64,000 nt of DNA from Gemmatales bacterium (GTDB taxonomy: Bacteria; Planctomycetota; Planctomycetia; Gemmatales; HRBIN36): positions 96,001 to 160,000 of the forward strand of contig JBEPZY010000001.1 of the NCBI GenBank assembly GCA_041640595.1, in the 5' to 3' direction. Numbering within the stretch: the stretch's first letter is position 1; each line of letters starts with the position of its first letter. Below, piece by piece: positions 30,908-39,882 of this stretch. Both the position numbers and the translations under genes were made by a program. The notes under the pieces are model-generated. The model saw nothing but the letters and a program-made list of their open reading frames with translations. It made no database searches and was not told the DNA's origin.

Positions 30908-32203
30908 GTGAAGCAACTAGCCCAGGGCGTCGCTGAAGCGAGGCCGATACGCCAGTTATTTCGCGGTCGGCTAATCCTGCCGGACGGCATACTGGAAGAT
31001 GGCCACCTGCTGACGATCGGCGAGCGTATCGCCGCGGTTGGTAGCGGGCCTGGTTCCGCCGCCGATGCGGATAGTACCGTTGAGGTAACGGATGGCTGGA
31101 TCGCCCCGGGATTTGTTGATCTGCATGTGCATGGTGGTGCCGGGGCCGATTTTATGGATGGCACCGAATCAGCCTGGTTCACCGCTTGCCAGGCTCATCT
31201 GCGCCACGGTACCACGGCTTTACTGGCAACGACGAGTGTGGCCTGGAAGGAGCAGATTTTGACGGTGCTGGAGTTGTGCCGGCGTTACCAAAACTGCCCG
31301 CAGAAGACGGGACTGCGTGTTCTGGGTGTGCATTTCTACGGGCCTTATTTTTCGGCAGAGGCACGCGGTTGCCATCCCGCCGCGCCTTTGCGATTGCCTC
31401 AACCGGACGAATACAATGCGTTTCTCGAATATGCCGACGTGATCGTTACTGCTTCCATGGCGCCCGAGTTAGCCGGTGCGGAAGCCTTCACCCGTGCCTG
31501 TATCGAGCGCGGTATTCGAGTCAACATTGGCCATTCCCAGGCCACAGCGACGCAGGTGATGGAAGCAGTGCGGTGGGGAGCGCGGCATGTGGATCATTTG
31601 TTCTGCGCCATGTCGGATAAGACCAAACTCCGGCGAACCCAGCCGTTTCCCATGCGTGGTGGAGTGCTGGAAGCCACTTTGCTCCTGGACGAACTGACCA
31701 CAGAAGTCATCGCGGATGGGGTGCACCTTTCCGGCGATTTGCTCCTGCTGGCGCTGAAGTGCAAAGGACCAGACCGATTGGCTCTGGTCACCGATTGCAA
31801 TCGGGCACTGGACATGCCCGATGGCGAGTACCGGTTCGGGCCGCAAGATGGCGGTGAACCGTTTCAGGTGCGCAATGGAGTGGCATTGACACTCGACGGC
31901 ATGGGTCTGGCGTCCAGTGTTCGCGGAATGGACTGGATGGTGAGGACCTTTATGCGTTTGACCGGTCGGCCTATCTGGGAAGTTATCCGCCTGGCCACGC
32001 TCACCCCGGCCAGGATTATTGGCTGGGCAGACCGTCTGGGAAGCCTGGAAGTCAATAAGCTGGCCGACCTCGTAGTGCTCGACTCCAATTTGGCAGTGAA
32101 ACAGGTCTATGTCGCAGGCCAGAGGGTCTGGTGCGATACCCCAGCAAGTGGCTGTGCCGAATGCACAACCGTAGAGCCTCGCAACCAGACTAACCGCGAC
32201 TAG
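30908..32203 (+). CDS. nagA: NagA-like N-acetylhexosamine-phosphate deacetylase family amidohydrolase (atypical active site)
   Basis: PGFVDLHVHG, HGTT, APE, GHS.AT, HLF.AM, IADGVHL, LVTD, TPA, GSL...K.ADLV. Confidence 0.75.
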   Translation: MKQLAQGVAEARPIRQLFRGRLILPDGILEDGHLLTIGERIAAVGSGPGSAADADSTVEVTDGWIAPGFVDLHVHGGAGADFMDGTESAWFTACQAHLRHGTTALLATTSVAWKEQILTVLELCRRYQNCPQKTGLRVLGVHFYGPYFSAEARGCHPAAPLRLPQPDEYNAFLEYADVIVTASMAPELAGAEAFTRACIERGIRVNIGHSQATATQVMEAVRWGARHVDHLFCAMSDKTKLRRTQPFPMRGGVLEATLLLDELTTEVIADGVHLSGDLLLLALKCKGPDRLALVTDCNRALDMPDGEYRFGPQDGGEPFQVRNGVALTLDGMGLASSVRGMDWMVRTFMRLTGRPIWEVIRLATLTPARIIGWADRLGSLEVNKLADLVVLDSNLAVKQVYVAGQRVWCDTPASGCAECTTVEPRNQTNRD

Positions 32204-32228
32204 TCCGCTCGAAAAAGGAGGTGCAAAG

Positions 32229-33479
32229 GTGCAACGATGCGTACCATGTGCTTGTGTGCTGGGTGGTTTGCTCATCGTGGTGGCAGCATGTTTGGCCGAC
32301 GGCGCAAGCTCAGCAGAACCTCTCACGCCGACGCTGCAATTCGAAGTTCAGGAGATCGACCGTTCCTTGAAGGTCGGCTATGCCGTCCTGCTTGCCGACG
32401 TTAATGGCGACCAGCGACTGGATATCGTCGTGGTGGACACGCAGCGGGTGATCTGGTTTGAAAACCCGAACTGGAAAATGCACTACATCTTGCGAGGCGG
32501 CACGAAACCAGACAACGTGTGCATCGCCGCTCACGACATTGACGGCGATGGCCGATTGGACTTCGCTCTCGGTGCCGACTGGCGTCCTTTCGACACCCGT
32601 TCTGGCGGAACCTTGCAATGGTTACGGCAAACCGAATCGCCCTACCAGCCTTTTGAGCTGTACCCGATAGACACCGAGCCGACCATACATCGCATTCGTT
32701 TCGCCGACGTGCTGGGTGAGGGGAAGCCGCAATTGATCAGCGTGCCGCTCATGGGTCGCAATGCCACGCGTGAGAAAAACTGGATGGACGCGCCGCTGCG
32801 AATCACAGCGTACCGGATTCCCAAAGACCCACGGCGCGACCGCTGGGTGCCGGAGACGCTCGACGCTTCCCTGCATGTCGCCCACAATTTTCACATCACG
32901 GATCTCGATGCCGATGGCCGGCCGGATATTCTGGTCGCCAGTTACGAAGGTGTTAGCTGGCTTCGGCGAGAGTCCTCCAATGCCTGGCAACGCCTGCTGC
33001 TGGGTGTGGGCAACCAGGAACGACCTCACACCAACCGCGGCGCCAGCGAAGTACGGGCCGGAAGGTTGAAAAACGGTCGGCAGTTCGTGGCCACGATTGA
33101 ACCGTGGCATGGGCATCAGGTAGTGATTTACACGCCGACGGCGGAAGTCTCAAAAGTTCCCTGGCAGCGGATGGTCATTGACGAGGAATTGCGTTGGGGG
33201 CATGCTGTTTGGTGCGCTGACCTCGACGGTGACGGCAACGACGAGGTGATTGTCGGCGTAAGAGATCGGCTCAATGACCGCATCGGGCCTGGCGTGCGGA
33301 TTTACCGATGCCTGGATGCCTCGGGCCAAAAATGGCAGCGGGAAATGGTGGACAATGGGGGAGTCGCCACCGAAGACCTGGCAGTAGGCGACCTGAACGG
33401 TGACGGTCGCCCCGATCTCGTGGCCGTGGGTCGCTTTACCGGAAACGTTCGCATCTACTGGAACCGCACCACGCGATAG
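32229..33479 (+). CDS. Secreted FG-GAP/VCBS-repeat beta-propeller protein
   Basis: Signal peptide; about six DxNGDG/DxDGDG-type repeats (DVNGDQRLD, DIDGDGRLD, DLDADGRPD, DLDGDGNDE, DLNGDGRPD). Confidence 0.85.
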   Translation: MQRCVPCACVLGGLLIVVAACLADGASSAEPLTPTLQFEVQEIDRSLKVGYAVLLADVNGDQRLDIVVVDTQRVIWFENPNWKMHYILRGGTKPDNVCIAAHDIDGDGRLDFALGADWRPFDTRSGGTLQWLRQTESPYQPFELYPIDTEPTIHRIRFADVLGEGKPQLISVPLMGRNATREKNWMDAPLRITAYRIPKDPRRDRWVPETLDASLHVAHNFHITDLDADGRPDILVASYEGVSWLRRESSNAWQRLLLGVGNQERPHTNRGASEVRAGRLKNGRQFVATIEPWHGHQVVIYTPTAEVSKVPWQRMVIDEELRWGHAVWCADLDGDGNDEVIVGVRDRLNDRIGPGVRIYRCLDASGQKWQREMVDNGGVATEDLAVGDLNGDGRPDLVAVGRFTGNVRIYWNRTTR

Positions 33480-33482
33480 CAA

Positions 33483-34742
33483 TCAGCGGTAGGCCTCGAA
33501 CTCTTTGCCCAGCAAGCTGGCAGCGATCTTCAGCTGGAGAATCTCATCCGTACCCTCGTAAATGCGGCAGACGCGAACGTCTTTGAGATGTCGGCCTGGT
33601 CGAAACAGGTCCGACCAGCCACGCCCGCCGAACACCTGAACGGCGCGGTCAGCGACTTCCCAGGCCGCATGGGATGCGAAGAATTTGGCAATAGCGGCGA
33701 GACGATCAGCTTCGGCGTACAGAGCCCGTACCGAATCATTTCGGTCAGAGTCAGTACCGGCCTGTTGCCGGGCTTCCTCCCAGCGTTGCTTGGCCTCAGC
33801 CGCGCGGAGCACCAGAGCTTCCACCGCCGCCCGCCAGGTTTCCATCCAGGCCAAGTGTTGCTGAATTAGCTGGTGTTTGCCGATGGGCTTACCATGCTGC
33901 TGCCGTTCACGGGCGAAACGAAGGCTCTCAACCAGGCAATCTTCTATCACGCCCAGACATCCCGCCGCCACGCTTAGGCGGCCGCTTACCAGCGTCGTCA
34001 TGGCAATGCGAAAACCGTCTCCTTCACGGCCGAGCAGATTGGCCGAAGGGATGCGGTAATCGCGGAATTCCAGCATGGCCGTACTGCAGGTGGGCATACC
34101 CATCTTGGCCGGTAACTCTTCGCGGCTAATCCCGGGGCCGTCGGTCTCCACAAGAAACGCGCTGATCTTCCGGGCTTGGTCGCCTTCTTGTTCCCGCGTG
34201 TGGGTAGCCGTAGTTTCGGATTTTGTTGCTGGCATTTCCGGATAGGCGAAGGTAACCAGCACATTGGCGATACCGCCATTGGAGATGAGGTATTTCACTC
34301 CGTTGAGGACGTAATGGTTTCCTTCGCGACGCCAGGTGCTGGTCATTTCCCGGGGATTACTTCCAGCATCCGGTTCGGTCAAAGCGAAGGCGAAGATACG
34401 TTCTCCGCGGCACGAAGCTGGTAAAAACCGTTCCTTTTGCTCGGGCGTACCGAAATAGACGACCGGCATCTGACCAATCGAAGTGTGCCCGGAAAAAAAC
34501 GTCCGCACTCCAGTGCCTTCACGATTGATGCGGGCCAGGGCCAGGGCATAGGTTACCGCATCCGCACCGCGACCTCCGTACTCCTCCGGCACCGGCATGC
34601 CGAGCAAATTGTACTTTTTTGCCAACGGAATTACCTGGTCGTTGTAACGATGCTCAAGATAGCACAACTCTTCGATGGGTCGTATGGCTTCGCAAAAATT
34701 TTCGACATCCTGCAAAAGTTTTTCTCGTTTGCTCGCGTCCAT
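33483..34742 (-). CDS. Acyl-CoA dehydrogenase
   Basis: PEEYGG, FALTEPDAGS, LNGVKYLISNG, R.QHGKPI, AVQVFGG.G, RIYEGT.EI. Confidence 0.92.
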   Translation of the reverse strand: MDASKREKLLQDVENFCEAIRPIEELCYLEHRYNDQVIPLAKKYNLLGMPVPEEYGGRGADAVTYALALARINREGTGVRTFFSGHTSIGQMPVVYFGTPEQKERFLPASCRGERIFAFALTEPDAGSNPREMTSTWRREGNHYVLNGVKYLISNGGIANVLVTFAYPEMPATKSETTATHTREQEGDQARKISAFLVETDGPGISREELPAKMGMPTCSTAMLEFRDYRIPSANLLGREGDGFRIAMTTLVSGRLSVAAGCLGVIEDCLVESLRFARERQQHGKPIGKHQLIQQHLAWMETWRAAVEALVLRAAEAKQRWEEARQQAGTDSDRNDSVRALYAEADRLAAIAKFFASHAAWEVADRAVQVFGGRGWSDLFRPGRHLKDVRVCRIYEGTDEILQLKIAASLLGKEFEAYR

Positions 34743-34772
34743 GGTCGCCGCTCCGGGACTAATGTCCAGCTG

Positions 34773-35669
34773 TTAGTTGGGATGTGCTTCATGAGAAGTT
34801 GCGGGGTGGATGTTGTCGAGGAACGCTCGAATTCCGCCGTAAATGGCAGCAAAACCGACCGAGTTATGATCGTGGCCCGATACCAGCAACAATTTTTTCC
34901 GCTGGCTTGGGCAGGCATCGAATAAGCGCTGACTGTGATGTGGCGGAACCAGCGTGTCGTTCTCGCCGTGGATGAGCAGGAGCGGTCCGGTGTATTGACG
35001 GAGTTTACTCAGGTTATCGAAACGTGTTCGGCATAACCACCGTGCCGGCACGAAAGGAAATATCTCTTGTGCCAGCTCCGGAATGGAGGTAAAAGTCGCC
35101 AGCAAGACCAAAGCAGCATGGGGCTGGTGGACAGCGAGTTCGACAGCCACGCCGCCACCCAGGGATTCTCCAAACAAAACGATTCGTTCTGCGGCGACTC
35201 CCTGTTCGCAGAGCCAGCGATACGCCGCCAGACCTGAAGCATAGCAATTCTTTTCGTTAGGCCGGCCAGAGCTGTGCCCGTAGCCGGGATAATCGAAAAT
35301 GAGCACAGAAGCACCAACTCTGTTTTGCCACCGTTCGATCGTTCCGCTGCGGAAACTCAGGTTCCCGGCGTTACCGTGACAATAGAGCACAAACCAGGAA
35401 GCACTCGCTAATGGACACCACCAGGCGTGAATACGTTCACCGGATTCCAGGTCCAACCAGACATCCTGTTTATCAAAGCCAGGGCGATCGAACCACTCTT
35501 CTTCGGCACGGGTGGGTCGAAAAATCAAGGTGCCTTCCAGCAGCATGAGCAAGCCCAGCATCGTGAGGTAAAGCAAGGCGAAATAAACGAGGCTGCGCCG
35601 CAATAAGGCGCCCCACGTCAGCCGCGACCGACCAACAGGGGAATGATTCTGTGTGGGTTCGCTGGCCAT
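34773..35669 (-). CDS. Membrane-anchored alpha/beta hydrolase (ABHD13/YfhR-like)
   Basis: N-terminal TM, HGNAGN, DYPGYG.S.G, GESLGG nucleophile, HG.ND, HDHN. Confidence 0.9.
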   Translation of the reverse strand: MASEPTQNHSPVGRSRLTWGALLRRSLVYFALLYLTMLGLLMLLEGTLIFRPTRAEEEWFDRPGFDKQDVWLDLESGERIHAWWCPLASASWFVLYCHGNAGNLSFRSGTIERWQNRVGASVLIFDYPGYGHSSGRPNEKNCYASGLAAYRWLCEQGVAAERIVLFGESLGGGVAVELAVHQPHAALVLLATFTSIPELAQEIFPFVPARWLCRTRFDNLSKLRQYTGPLLLIHGENDTLVPPHHSQRLFDACPSQRKKLLLVSGHDHNSVGFAAIYGGIRAFLDNIHPATSHEAHPN

Positions 35670-35779
35670 TGTGTAATCGGTCCAAGACCACCGGGTTCAG
35701 GTGAGTTGAGTCAGCAACGGTAGATTCTCTTGATTTTTGCTGGCCGGAAGTGATCCCGGCGACTCCGGGACATCGGGCA

Positions 35780-38179
35780 TCACCACTCCAATTCTAGCCG
35801 CGCCACAAAGAGTTGCTCCGGGTCGCCCCGCTGATAAAAGTCTTCGAGCAACACGCGGAGGTCCGGCTGTACCTGCACTTGCCAGACTTTCTGGGCCGAG
35901 ACGAGATGCACGCGAACCGGCTGGTTGAAATCTACCAGGTCGCTGTTGAGCCAGACATGGAGTCGGCGAACGTTGGGGCTGGTAGCGATTTGAATGCGAT
36001 TACCCTGGCCGGCTTGCGCTGCCAGACGATGTTTTCCCGGAGCGTTGGGCAGGCTGAGCCAGTAAAAGCGGTCATCTTCGGGGCGGATACCCACAAAATC
36101 GCGGTTGCCGTAAGCTCCCAAAATTTGTGGCCGACCAAGCTCCGGCGGAGTAGCGTGGCGTTGCTTGCGACGCATCCACTCGAAAATATCCGGAATCTCT
36201 CCCGCAAAGAATTCTCGACCGCGACCGTCGTACTCGATGTACAAACTGGGAAAGCCAGCCTGCACCCAGTTACGGAACAGAGCACGCCATTGTGCCGGGC
36301 CTTCGTTGGCCGGAGGACTACCATCCCGTTTCGGGCCATCCATTTCTCCTTCGACCACATAAAACGGCAAGTATTGCCCATTCGTCCAATAGGTGCCTTG
36401 ATGCGGTCCAGGGCGACCACTCATGACCACAACTCCAGCGAACAAATCCGGGTGCGACATGCCCAGATCGAATGCCAGCGAGCCACCCTCCCCCATGCCG
36501 AAGACAAATAGCCGTGACGCATCTACTGCGAATCGCCTGCGCAGGTCGCGCAACACTGTCAGCACCGGTACTTGCTCAGCGGCGCTCCACCGATAGCTGC
36601 TCTGCACCGGGCCTGCCCATGGCACACTCACAAGGATGTAACCGCGCTCCTGTGCTGCTTTGCGCCACGGCTCGATAGCCTGACGAGTATCCTCCCCGGC
36701 GTCCGGCAACACCAGCAAAACCGGATAGCGTCGGTGTGGGTGATACTCGAGCGGCACCTGTACCAGATAGCGCTGCCGTTGGCCATCGAGGGTCGTCAGC
36801 CAGGTCGGTTGTACTGGCGGATTGCTTTCCACCCGCGGCGGGGGCAACTCTCGCAGCATTTGCACCAGCAAATCCAGGTCCTGAGAACGCATATTGCGGA
36901 GCTTTTCCATCAGCGCTAGCCGTTCCCGCGGGTGGTCTTGCAGGAGAATTTGCTGCACCATTTGGCGGTCGCGCCACAGTTGTTCAGCAGTCTCCAGGTT
37001 AGCTTCAGCCAGACGATCGCCCACTGTCCACCCGCTCACCGCTAAAGCCAGCAACTGTTCCGCGGTCAATTGTGGACTTTTGCCCTGTTGACGCAACCGT
37101 TCTTCCTGCAAAGCGAGGCGTCGGAAGGCATCGAGCCGGCTGCATGTATCCAGGTTCAAGTAAGCGGATATTTCCTGCACAGCTTCCGGCAAAAAGTGGG
37201 GAGCAGCCTGGCGGACACTTTCCAACAGGCGTCTGGTGGTTTCCAGTTGCTGGCGGCGTTCCTGCAACTTGACCTGAATGGTTCGCGCCTGCCGCAGGGC
37301 CTTTTCCGAAGCGTAAGCCGAGGGAAAATGTCCCAGCAACTCTTCGACAGCACGATACTGGCCGCCGGCATAAGCCCATTCTAATCGCTGCGCGATTCGA
37401 TCTGCCTGGGCCTGGCGAAGTTGTTGTTCCAGCTCGACCAGCGTTTCCGTATTTGCCTCGGGCAAATTGCGAAGGTTCGCCAGTTCTGCTTCCGCTTCTT
37501 CGAGCCAGCCGGTTTGCAGACAATAGCGGAACAAACTCAGCCCTTGCTCCCAGGCTGACGGCGTGGGCTTACGACTACGCAAATGGTGCCGCAGGATGGA
37601 AAGCAAGGTTGCCCGATCAAATTCATCCGGACGGTAAGAAGCAGTCCAGCGCATTTCGGTGGTCGCTGCTTGGATTGCTTCGGGCGTTACCGAGGTGATG
37701 TACTGAACTCGCTGGGTCAAGCCGGGCAAGAATTCTCCCTTGAGCACGCGACTGCCGTTAACCTGCGGTCGCTCACTGGCGATCCACGGCCCAATCTCGG
37801 TAAACGCCGGTACGCGATTGAGTGCTGGCGAAAAACCGAAAACGTTCAGTTGACGAGGGAAGCGAAACCCTTGCTGTCCGGATGACGGCTGGGAATCCGG
37901 CAAGGCCAGGTGCACGTTTTTCTGGCTAAAGGCGATGCGACGAGCCCCGTCAGCCACCAGATAAAATCCCTGGGTATCGGCAAGCCAGACGAGATTGCCG
38001 CTGGCTGGATCACGGTGCAACTGGCCCTCACGATACACCCGCCCGCGCAGCACTGTCCCATCTCGCAAGAAAACATATTCGCTATACGCCACACAAGGAA
38101 TGAACATCGCAAGAACCGCTGCTATCGCCAATTTCGACGGCACATCGCCGTGCCTACCGCTATGTTGTGACACTGGCAT
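35780..38179 (-). CDS. Large secreted protein with C-terminal alpha/beta-hydrolase (esterase-like) domain, probably inactive
   Basis: Signal peptide, helical middle, Y.V..P.EY....YPVL.VL, VD..R.FVFGMGEGG..A......HPD.FAGV, EG..DG. Confidence 0.75.
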   Translation of the reverse strand: MPVSQHSGRHGDVPSKLAIAAVLAMFIPCVAYSEYVFLRDGTVLRGRVYREGQLHRDPASGNLVWLADTQGFYLVADGARRIAFSQKNVHLALPDSQPSSGQQGFRFPRQLNVFGFSPALNRVPAFTEIGPWIASERPQVNGSRVLKGEFLPGLTQRVQYITSVTPEAIQAATTEMRWTASYRPDEFDRATLLSILRHHLRSRKPTPSAWEQGLSLFRYCLQTGWLEEAEAELANLRNLPEANTETLVELEQQLRQAQADRIAQRLEWAYAGGQYRAVEELLGHFPSAYASEKALRQARTIQVKLQERRQQLETTRRLLESVRQAAPHFLPEAVQEISAYLNLDTCSRLDAFRRLALQEERLRQQGKSPQLTAEQLLALAVSGWTVGDRLAEANLETAEQLWRDRQMVQQILLQDHPRERLALMEKLRNMRSQDLDLLVQMLRELPPPRVESNPPVQPTWLTTLDGQRQRYLVQVPLEYHPHRRYPVLLVLPDAGEDTRQAIEPWRKAAQERGYILVSVPWAGPVQSSYRWSAAEQVPVLTVLRDLRRRFAVDASRLFVFGMGEGGSLAFDLGMSHPDLFAGVVVMSGRPGPHQGTYWTNGQYLPFYVVEGEMDGPKRDGSPPANEGPAQWRALFRNWVQAGFPSLYIEYDGRGREFFAGEIPDIFEWMRRKQRHATPPELGRPQILGAYGNRDFVGIRPEDDRFYWLSLPNAPGKHRLAAQAGQGNRIQIATSPNVRRLHVWLNSDLVDFNQPVRVHLVSAQKVWQVQVQPDLRVLLEDFYQRGDPEQLFVARLELEW

Positions 38180-38303
38180 AGGAATGCTCCATCTGGCTCA
38201 ACTGCTTCATTTGTGCGAAGGACCTGCTCGCCCCAAGGCCTTAGCTATGATTTCAGCCCCGTCTCTTACTATTCTGGCAGCCAATATAGCGCTGGTAAAG
38301 CGC

Positions 38304-38319
38304 AATCTTGCGCAAGATT
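38304..38319. repeat. Perfect 16-bp palindrome AATCTTGCGCAAGATT (candidate operator/enhancer)
   Basis: Read directly; flanked by a GCTGGT/ACCAGC inverted pair (38291-38330). Confidence 0.6.
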
Positions 38320-38445
38320 CGGAAACCAGCAGCCTTTCCTTCTGCAACAATGGCAATGATCCACATTCTGCGGGAATAGGAAGTCGAATTCACAAGTGCT
38401 TGCCAGTAATGGACTAGCGTATTCCGTGCCAGAAAATTTTTCGTG

Positions 38446-38461
38446 TGGTATGAACTTTGCT
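38446..38461 (+). promoter_or_regulatory. Sigma54 (-24/-12) promoter candidate for csrA
   Basis: TGGTATG-AACT-TTGCT fits TGGYAYR-N4-TTGCW; ends 42 nt before the csrA ATG. Confidence 0.65.
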
Positions 38462-38503
38462 AGCCTGTTCTCCGCACAAGGGTTGCTTCCAGGAGGAAAT
38501 GCC

Positions 38504-38740
38504 ATGCTGGTGCTGTCTCGCAAACCTGGGGAAAAGCTGGTCATCGGCCATGAGATTATCGTTACCGTCCTGGAAGTGCGCGGTAGTCAAGTGAAGATCG
38601 GCATAGAAGCCCCGGACAGCGTGAAAATAATCCGTGCCGAACTGAAGGCAGCCCAGCCTGACGCTACTCGCCAAGATGCGTCGGATGTTTGCCGTTCCCC
38701 GGAAGAGTCGAGCGAAGACTTGTGCCTGATGGTTTGCTGA
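38504..38740 (+). CDS. csrA: Carbon storage regulator CsrA-family RNA-binding protein
   Basis: MLVLSRK.GE..VIG..I.VTVLEV.G.QVKIGIEAP..V.I.R.EL; SD AGGAGG. Confidence 0.93.
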   Translation: MLVLSRKPGEKLVIGHEIIVTVLEVRGSQVKIGIEAPDSVKIIRAELKAAQPDATRQDASDVCRSPEESSEDLCLMVC

Positions 38741-38966
38741 ACGATGCCCAGGACGGCGAGTTCTGAAACAGACAAATCTGGCAGGGGCATTCTTAACCGA
38801 GTCAGCCATGAATGGCCCCGACCCGGAATGTGCTTCGGTTAGGCAACCCGCCCAAAGGCAAATTTTCAAGACTCGCAAACCCGATGCAGATGACTCGATA
38901 TGCCTTGGCTGGGCAAATCATTCGAACAGTCGGTCTATCGGCCTCGGTCTTTGTGGGGGTGGAGCG

Positions 38967-39803
38967 ATGGGGCGTCCGAGAAACACGCTCGGTCTGAAAG
39001 CAGTTGTTGTTTTCCTTGTCGGCACGGTGGTCGTATTGGCTCAGGGAAAACCGGAGCTGTTTGCAGACGGTCAGCTGGAGAGTGCTGTACGCAGCGTCTT
39101 GCCCGAAGCAAAAGGCCAGCTGACCGAACAACTGCTGGCCAACGTTCACATTTTGGAGGCTAAGAATCGCTCCATACGCAGTCTGGCTGGGCTGGAGAAA
39201 TGCCGCAACCTCAGCTTGCTCAATCTCGCCCACAATCAAGTCGAGAGCCTGGCACCACTGGCCGGGCTGGAAAAATTGCAATCGCTCGATCTGTCGCATA
39301 ACCGTATCAGCGACCTGACGCCGTTGGCGAAAGTGCCTGCTTTGCAGTATCTGAACCTCACTGGCAACCAGATTTCCGACCTTCGCCCGCTCGCTTCCCT
39401 GACTTCGCTGAGTGCTCTTTATCTGGCGAATAACCAAATCCGCGATATTTCGCCGCTGGCCGGTCTTCCAAAACTCGTCACGCTCGACATCAGCAGGAAT
39501 CAGGTAACCGATCTTGGCCCGATTAGCAAGCTCACCCGACTGAACACGCTCAGCGCTTCTGACAATGCGATCAGCGACATCAAGGCGGTGGCTGACCTGC
39601 CCGAATTGCGTTTGCTCATTTTGGAGCGCAACCGGATCGAACATCTGACGCCGCTGGTCGAAGCATGTCGCAAAGACGCTGCCGGGCCCCGAAGGATTGT
39701 TCCTTTTCTGCGAGTGTACCTGGCAGGCAACCCGCTTTCCGCAACTGGCAAGCAGCAGATCGCCGAACTCCGCCAACTCGGCGTTCGAGTGGAATCAGAA
39801 TAA
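38967..39803 (+). CDS. Secreted internalin-type leucine-rich repeat protein
   Basis: Signal peptide, FAD..LE.AVR N-cap, seven 22-aa LxxLxLxxNxIxDLxPL repeats, LxxNPL C-cap. Confidence 0.9.
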   Translation: MGRPRNTLGLKAVVVFLVGTVVVLAQGKPELFADGQLESAVRSVLPEAKGQLTEQLLANVHILEAKNRSIRSLAGLEKCRNLSLLNLAHNQVESLAPLAGLEKLQSLDLSHNRISDLTPLAKVPALQYLNLTGNQISDLRPLASLTSLSALYLANNQIRDISPLAGLPKLVTLDISRNQVTDLGPISKLTRLNTLSASDNAISDIKAVADLPELRLLILERNRIEHLTPLVEACRKDAAGPRRIVPFLRVYLAGNPLSATGKQQIAELRQLGVRVESE

Positions 39804-39882
39804 AATCGCGGCTCCCAGAGCGCTCGTCGGTGGTTTTGTTCAGCGGGCAGGGCACACGGAATACTGTTCCGCGCTGGTCAAC

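Noticed and set aside
38738..38842. csrA ending Cys-UGA as a possible Cys-Sec motif
   Set aside because: The read-through peptide is featureless and the downstream stem does not resemble a bSECIS. No selenoprotein could be supported anywhere in the window.
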